64,000 nucleotides of DNA from an uncultured Verrucomicrobiota bacterium (lineage in GTDB: Bacteria > Verrucomicrobiota > Kiritimatiellia > CAIQIC01 > Lenti-01): assembly GCA_964647595.1 (NCBI GenBank), contig CAZYGH010000010.1, forward strand, positions 20,362 through 84,361. Reading direction: 5' to 3'. The position numbers and the translations under genes are program-made. The number at the start of each line of letters is the position of its first letter. Within the stretch, counting starts at the first letter, position 1. Below the pieces are notes generated by a model, which ran no database searches, was not told the DNA's origin, and saw nothing but the letters and a program-made list of their open reading frames with translations. Below, piece after piece: positions 58,930-64,000 of this stretch.

Positions 58930-59493
58930 ATGAAACTGGTGGTGGGGCTGGGCAATCCCGGACGGGCCTACGAAAACACGCGGCATAATGCCGGGTGGCA
59001 GGTCTTGGACGAGTTTGCGAGGCGCAGAAAGGCGGAATTCCGCCGATCGTGGCGAAGGCCGATCCAATCCACCAAGAGTTCGATGGAAGGTGTGGGTCCT
59101 CTGCTGCTGGTGAAGCCGCTGACGTTCATGAACTTGAGCGGAGATGTGTTGCCCGCGCTGATGCGTCCGGCGGGCATGACCGCAAAAGACTTGATTGTCG
59201 TGGCCGATGACGTCAACCTGCCGCTGGGCAAGCTGAGGATTCGGGCACGAGGAAGCGCAGGCGGCCACAACGGGCTGAAGTCGGTGATCGAGCGCCTTGG
59301 GACGGAAGAGTTTGTCCGGGTGCGGGTCGGTGTTGGAGACAAAGAAGAAGGAAAGAGCTTGAAGGATCATGTGCTGGAGCGGATGCCTTCCGAGGAGCGA
59401 AAAGCGCTTGCGGAGGCGTCGGCCCGGGCGGCGGATGCATTGGAATGTATTCTCCTTCAGGGTGTAGACAGTGCAATGAACCGGTTTAATTGA
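58930..59493 (+). CDS. pth: Peptidyl-tRNA hydrolase
   Basis: GLGNPG, TRHNAG, KPLTFMNLSG, GSAGGHNGLKS. Confidence 0.97.
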   Translation: MKLVVGLGNPGRAYENTRHNAGWQVLDEFARRRKAEFRRSWRRPIQSTKSSMEGVGPLLLVKPLTFMNLSGDVLPALMRPAGMTAKDLIVVADDVNLPLGKLRIRARGSAGGHNGLKSVIERLGTEEFVRVRVGVGDKEEGKSLKDHVLERMPSEERKALAEASARAADALECILLQGVDSAMNRFN

Positions 59494-59504
59494 GGAGGCA
59501 TGAG

Positions 59505-59837
59505 GTGAATAAATACGAGGCGATGATCATCTTTCGGGATTCTCTGAAGGATGCAGATTGGGATGGAGCGGTCGACGCGGTCCGCGCGGAAGTGGACAAG
59601 CTCGGTGGCAAGACGACCAGTTGTACGCGGTTGGGCAAGCGCGAATTCGCTCGTCCCATGCAGAAGCAGCAGGGCGGTCACTATGGCTTGGTTGCGTTCC
59701 AGTTGCCCGGCGACAAGGTGGGTGCGTTGCAGGCCCGTCTGAAGCTGAATGAGCAGGTGTTCCGCGTGCAGGTTGTGACGGCCCCCGTCGTGACGCCGCT
59801 GATCAAGAAGGATGCGGGCGATGGCATCGCTGAATAA
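59505..59837 (+). CDS. rpsF: 30S ribosomal protein S6
   Basis: KYEAMII, GKREFA, GHY; rpsF-ssb-rpsR synteny. Confidence 0.92.
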   Translation: MNKYEAMIIFRDSLKDADWDGAVDAVRAEVDKLGGKTTSCTRLGKREFARPMQKQQGGHYGLVAFQLPGDKVGALQARLKLNEQVFRVQVVTAPVVTPLIKKDAGDGIAE

Positions 59838-60270
59838 AGTTTTGCTAGTCGGGAATCTGACTCACGATCCCGAATTGCGCCGAATTCCCTCCGGCACGGC
59901 GGTTGTCACGCTGCGCTTGGCGGTGAATGAGTCGTTCAAAAGCAAGACGGGCGAGGCGGTGGAAAAGGCTATATTTCTGGACGTCGATGTCTGGGACCGC
60001 CAAGCCGAGACGTGCCAGCAGTACTTGTCGAAGGGCTCGCCCGTTCTGGTGGAAGGGCGCCTGCAGATGGATACGTGGGATGACAAGGAGACGGGTCAAA
60101 AGCGTTCGCGCCTGAAGGTGCGGGCGGAGCGTGTGCAGTTCCTGAGCGGCTCCCGCCGCGAAGGGGGTGAGATGCGCGACACGGCACCGGCTTCTGCGGG
60201 CACCCCTGCGCCGTCGACCTTTGCAGAACCTTTGGCCAAACCGTCGGATGAAGAAGACATTCCCTTTTAA
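59821..60270 (+). CDS. ssb: Single-stranded DNA-binding protein
   Basis: LNKVLLVGNL, KGSPVLVEGRL, C-terminal DIPF. Confidence 0.97.
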   Translation: MASLNKVLLVGNLTHDPELRRIPSGTAVVTLRLAVNESFKSKTGEAVEKAIFLDVDVWDRQAETCQQYLSKGSPVLVEGRLQMDTWDDKETGQKRSRLKVRAERVQFLSGSRREGGEMRDTAPASAGTPAPSTFAEPLAKPSDEEDIPF

Positions 60271-60281
60271 ATACGGAGTAG

Positions 60282-60536
60282 ATGAATATGATGACGAAAG
60301 ATAAGAAGAAACGGGCCCCCCGCCGCGAACCCAAGACAGACGAGTTGGCGCGTACGCGCACCCGTCTGCTGAAGGCTGACCAGCAGGTGGACTATCGCGA
60401 TTATGAGTTCCTGCGCAAGTTCATGACCGAGCGCGGCAAAATTGTGCCGGGACGCATTACCGGTGCCAATGCCAAGCAACAGCGTCAGGTGAAGCGCGCG
60501 ATCCGTCGCGCACGAGTGATGGGATTGCTGCCGTAG
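60282..60536 (+). CDS. rpsR: 30S ribosomal protein S18
   Basis: VDYRD, TERGKI.P.RITG, QR...AIRRAR.MGLLP. Confidence 0.96.
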   Translation: MNMMTKDKKKRAPRREPKTDELARTRTRLLKADQQVDYRDYEFLRKFMTERGKIVPGRITGANAKQQRQVKRAIRRARVMGLLP

Positions 60537-60558
60537 GCGGCGGAAGGACAGGTGTGTC

Positions 60559-61044
60559 ATGGGTAAATCCATTGAAGTGATTTTGGTGGGAGATGTTCCG
60601 GAGCTGGGCCGCTCTGGCGATGCCTGCCGTGTGCGTTCCGGCTATGCCCGGAATTTCCTGTTTCCGCAAAAGCTGGCGGTGACAATGACCGCGGGTACCA
60701 AGCGGCTGATCGAGAAGAAGCGCGCGGAAGCGTTGGTTCGGCTCTCAAAGGAAAAAGAGGAGGCGACGGCGCTCTTGCAGAAGCTGGAGAAGCTGACGCT
60801 GACCTGCTCGGTGAAGGCCAATGCGGACGGACGTCTGTTCGGTTCCGTGGGCCCGGCCGATGTGCTGGCCAAGCTGGCGGAAAAGGGCTTCCCTCTCCAG
60901 AAGAAACAGTTGGCGATGTACGAATCTTTCAAGTCTCTGGGCGACCACGAGGCGGCTTTGAACCTCCATCCCGAGGTGAAGGGCAAGCTGAAGGTGAAGG
61001 TCGTTGCCGAGAAGATGGCCGAGACCTCCGCGGACTCCGAGTAG
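60559..61044 (+). CDS. rplI: 50S ribosomal protein L9
   Basis: VIL, LG..GD, GYARNFLFP, GRLFGSV, LHPEV. Confidence 0.96.
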   Translation: MGKSIEVILVGDVPELGRSGDACRVRSGYARNFLFPQKLAVTMTAGTKRLIEKKRAEALVRLSKEKEEATALLQKLEKLTLTCSVKANADGRLFGSVGPADVLAKLAEKGFPLQKKQLAMYESFKSLGDHEAALNLHPEVKGKLKVKVVAEKMAETSADSE

Positions 61045-61057
61045 AAAGAGGCGGAAC

Positions 61058-62467
61058 ATGGCCGGAGGGGGAGAGGCGAGATCGGGCGCCAGGGTGCCCC
61101 GTCCAGGAGACCGCGTCCCGCCGCACAGCGAGGATGCCGAGCGCGCCGTTTTGGGTTGCGCGTTGCAGGATGCCGCCCGAATTCTGGACTTATGCATTGA
61201 GCGCCAGATTTCGGGCGAGTCGTTCTATGTGCAGAGCCATCAGGGCCTCTTTGAGACCATGATGGACTTGCATGTCCGCCAAAAACCGGTGGACTTTGTG
61301 ACGGTGACGGAGCGGCTCCGCGAGACGGGGTTGCTCGAGAGCGTGGGTGGGGAAGATGAGTTGGGGCGTTTGATTTCCGGCACACCCACCACGGCGCACG
61401 CGGAATACTATATCCAGCGGGTCTATGAAAATCACCTGACCCGGCGCATTATCGATGCGGCCCGCGTGGTGACAGAAGATTGCTACAAGGGGGAGATGGA
61501 GGCGGAATCCCTCCTGAATACTGCGGCAGAAACCTTCAACTCCATGGGCGAGCAACGGACGGGCGCCGAAAAGCTGTGGAGCAAGCTGGTCACCGACGAA
61601 ATGAAGGAAGTCGAGCGGTTGATCCAAGAGAAAAAAGGGATTACCGGAATCTCGACGGGATACGAAGATATCGACAAAATGCTGTTGGGTTTTCAGGCCA
61701 GCGATTTGATTGTCTTGGCGGCACGGCCCTCGATGGGGAAGACTTCGTTGGCGTTGAACATCGCGGAAAATATCGCGATTGGGGCTCGCAAGCAGGAGCC
61801 GCGGGCGGTGGGTGTATTCAGTTTGGAAATGTCGGCCGAATCGCTGGTGCGCCGCATGATTTGCTGTCATGCCCGCGTGTCGGCTCAACTCCTTTCTTCG
61901 GGGCGTGTGGGGACGGCCGAGCATAGTCAGTTGATGGCGGCGGCGGACACCTTGCGCCAAGCGCCTATTTATGTGGATGACACGGCCGGGTTGGAGGCGA
62001 TGGATTTGCGTGCGCGCGCGCGCCGCATGAAGCGGAAACACAACATTCAATTCATTGTGGTGGATTATCTGCAATTGATGAACTACTCCAAATTTGCCGG
62101 TGAAGGACGCCAGCGCGAGACGGCGGCGATTTCATCGGCGTTGAAAGGAATGGCGAAGGAGCTGAAGGTTCCCGTGCTGGTGCTGAGCCAGCTCAGCCGC
62201 GCGCCGGAAACACGCGAAAAAACGGCGGTTCCGAAGTTGTCTGACTTGCGCGACTCGGGTGCGATTGAGCAAGATGCGGATGTGGTCATGCTGTTGCGAC
62301 GTCCATGCAAATACAAGGACGACAAGGAATTTGAAGACAAACGTCTGGCCATTGTTGACATTGCCAAACATCGCAATGGCGCCACCGGCGAAGTACGTAT
62401 GAATTTTGAGGACCTCTACACGCGCTTCGAGAGTCGCCATGAAGGCGTGGACATGGCTGAAGGATGA
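61058..62467 (+). CDS. dnaB: Replicative DNA helicase
   Basis: PPHSEDAERAVLG, AARPSMGKT, FSLEM, DYLQL, LSQLSR, LRDSGAIEQDAD, KHRNG. Confidence 0.98.
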   Translation: MAGGGEARSGARVPRPGDRVPPHSEDAERAVLGCALQDAARILDLCIERQISGESFYVQSHQGLFETMMDLHVRQKPVDFVTVTERLRETGLLESVGGEDELGRLISGTPTTAHAEYYIQRVYENHLTRRIIDAARVVTEDCYKGEMEAESLLNTAAETFNSMGEQRTGAEKLWSKLVTDEMKEVERLIQEKKGITGISTGYEDIDKMLLGFQASDLIVLAARPSMGKTSLALNIAENIAIGARKQEPRAVGVFSLEMSAESLVRRMICCHARVSAQLLSSGRVGTAEHSQLMAAADTLRQAPIYVDDTAGLEAMDLRARARRMKRKHNIQFIVVDYLQLMNYSKFAGEGRQRETAAISSALKGMAKELKVPVLVLSQLSRAPETREKTAVPKLSDLRDSGAIEQDADVVMLLRRPCKYKDDKEFEDKRLAIVDIAKHRNGATGEVRMNFEDLYTRFESRHEGVDMAEG

Positions 62468-64000
62468 ACGGAAGGACGCATATGGGCAAGCGCTGGATTT
62501 TGTGGACGGTCGCAGGGTTTTTCTGGGCCTCGGTTTCGGGTGCCGCGCCGATCCGCGACATTCGTGTGTCTGCGGTGGGCGATGAACCCATCAATGCCGA
62601 GCAGGTGCTGGCACAACTGAGTGTTCGAGTGGGTCAAGAGCTGGAACGGTCGGCCTTGTCCGAAGATATTCGCACTTTGCAAAAGTCGGGTGCCTATTCG
62701 TATGCCGAAGCGCGCGTGGAACCGGCAACGGATAACGGCGTGGTTTTGCTGATTCGCGTAGCTGGACGGGCCAAAATTCGGACGTTGACCGTGACGGGCG
62801 CGAACGAAATCAGCAATAAAAAAGTGCGGACGCTCATGGAGATCGGGTCGGGGGATCGGGTCGACAATGCGCTGTTGGGGCAGAAGGCGCAGAAGGTTCG
62901 CGAGACGTACCGCAAGGAATATTATCCGGAAGCCAAGGTGACATGGACGTTCAAGCCGGTGGAAGGGAATCCGGAATTCACGGATGTGGAAATTCAGGTG
63001 GAAGAGGGGCGTCGCGCCGTGGTTCGCCGCATTCTATTCAAAGGGAACACGCACATTCCCCGGCGCGAGTTGCTGAAAGTGATGACGCAAAAGCAGTCGT
63101 CATGGCTCTCGTGGTTCAATAGTGCGGGTGTCTATGAGCCGGGGGCCCTGCTGGCTGACCGCGAAATGATTCGCAAGGTTTTCATGGACAAGGGCTATCT
63201 GGGGGCCGTGGTCAGCGAGCCGTCCTTTGAGTATGTGAGCCGCAAGAAAATCGACATTACGTTCAACGTGGTTGAAGGACCCACCTATTCCCTCTCGGCG
63301 TGGCGGGTGGGCGGTCTGACGTTGTTTCCGAGCAACGAGGTGTCGCACGGTGTTGTGGTGCTGCAGGGAGGAAAAGCCTCGTTGGCGGACATCCAGCGCG
63401 GCGCGCAAAACATTCGGGATTTTTACGGTTCGCGCGGCTACATCAAAACCGCTGTGGATCCTCGCATTACGCTCGACACGAACGCGGCCACGGCCACGGT
63501 GTCCTACGAGGTGAAGGAAGGCATGCTGGCCTATATCCAGAACGTGGAAATTCGGGGCAATGCGCAGACGAAGGACAAGGTGATTCGTCGCGAAATCAAT
63601 GTGATTCCGGGCGACATCTATAACGAGGTGAAGGTTCGTTCCAGCGAGAATCGGGTGCGCAATCTGAACTATTTTTCCTTTGTCAGCAGCTATCCCGAAA
63701 GCACGGTTGTTTCGAATCGCTACAACTTGATTTTCGATGTGGAGGAACAGCGCACGGGGCAATTCATGATTGGAGCGGGGCTTTCGAGCGTCGACAACGT
63801 CATTGGCTTCGTCGAATTAACGCAGGGCAATTTCGATCTGTTCGGGTGGCCTCATTTCACGGGTGGCGGACAGAAGTTGAAGTTGCGCTTGCAAGCGGGT
63901 AGCGAACGATCCGACATTGAATTCTCGTTGATCGAGCCTTGGTTCTTGAATCGGCGCCTCTCTCTCGGCTTGGATCTGTTCCGGCATGATGCCCGTTTTC
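62464..64000 (+). CDS. bamA: Outer membrane protein assembly factor BamA (runs off the window end)
   Basis: Open frame from ATG 62464 with a signal peptide, POTRA repeats (IRGNAQTKDKVIRRE) and the barrel start (EQRTGQFMIGAG..NFDLF..GGGQKL..EPW). Confidence 0.92.
   Translation, partial: MNGRTHMGKRWILWTVAGFFWASVSGAAPIRDIRVSAVGDEPINAEQVLAQLSVRVGQELERSALSEDIRTLQKSGAYSYAEARVEPATDNGVVLLIRVAGRAKIRTLTVTGANEISNKKVRTLMEIGSGDRVDNALLGQKAQKVRETYRKEYYPEAKVTWTFKPVEGNPEFTDVEIQVEEGRRAVVRRILFKGNTHIPRRELLKVMTQKQSSWLSWFNSAGVYEPGALLADREMIRKVFMDKGYLGAVVSEPSFEYVSRKKIDITFNVVEGPTYSLSAWRVGGLTLFPSNEVSHGVVVLQGGKASLADIQRGAQNIRDFYGSRGYIKTAVDPRITLDTNAATATVSYEVKEGMLAYIQNVEIRGNAQTKDKVIRREINVIPGDIYNEVKVRSSENRVRNLNYFSFVSSYPESTVVSNRYNLIFDVEEQRTGQFMIGAGLSSVDNVIGFVELTQGNFDLFGWPHFTGGGQKLKLRLQAGSERSDIEFSLIEPWFLNRRLSLGLDLFRHDARF

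Overview
GC-rich bacterial chromosome segment. The gene style and C-terminal 'FYRV/FYRL' domains suggest the PVC superphylum, possibly Kiritimatiellia or Verrucomicrobia (inference only). Bases 1-4.6 kb hold the selenocysteine machinery: the 3' part of tRNA-Sec, selA, selD and selB. The main discovery lies next to it. Four ORFs that the six-frame track ends at TGA appear to be selenoproteins. Three are related exported proteins with the motif FEYG-U-G[G/F][T/S]C; the fourth is a small membrane protein ending C-P-T-U-M. Each UGA is followed after exactly 14 nt by a SECIS-like hairpin, and the hairpins show compensatory base changes. These genes cluster with a membrane polyferredoxin and a double-cubane/HgdB-like Fe-S protein plus its ATP-dependent activase. 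The rest of the window contains a frameshifted porin with a CocE/NonD hydrolase, an HNH islet flanked by inverted repeats, two chimeric genes and a frameshifted two-component system. It also contains a trp operon interrupted by a 5.6 kb C25 peptidase, a toxin-antitoxin pair and an IS remnant, a low-GC gene flanked by direct repeats, dispersed palindromic repeats, and housekeeping clusters (thrS-infC-rpmI-rplT; tRNA-Gln-prs-rplY-pth-rpsF-ssb-rpsR-rplI-dnaB-bamA). All family calls come from motif recognition by eye; no database searches were run.
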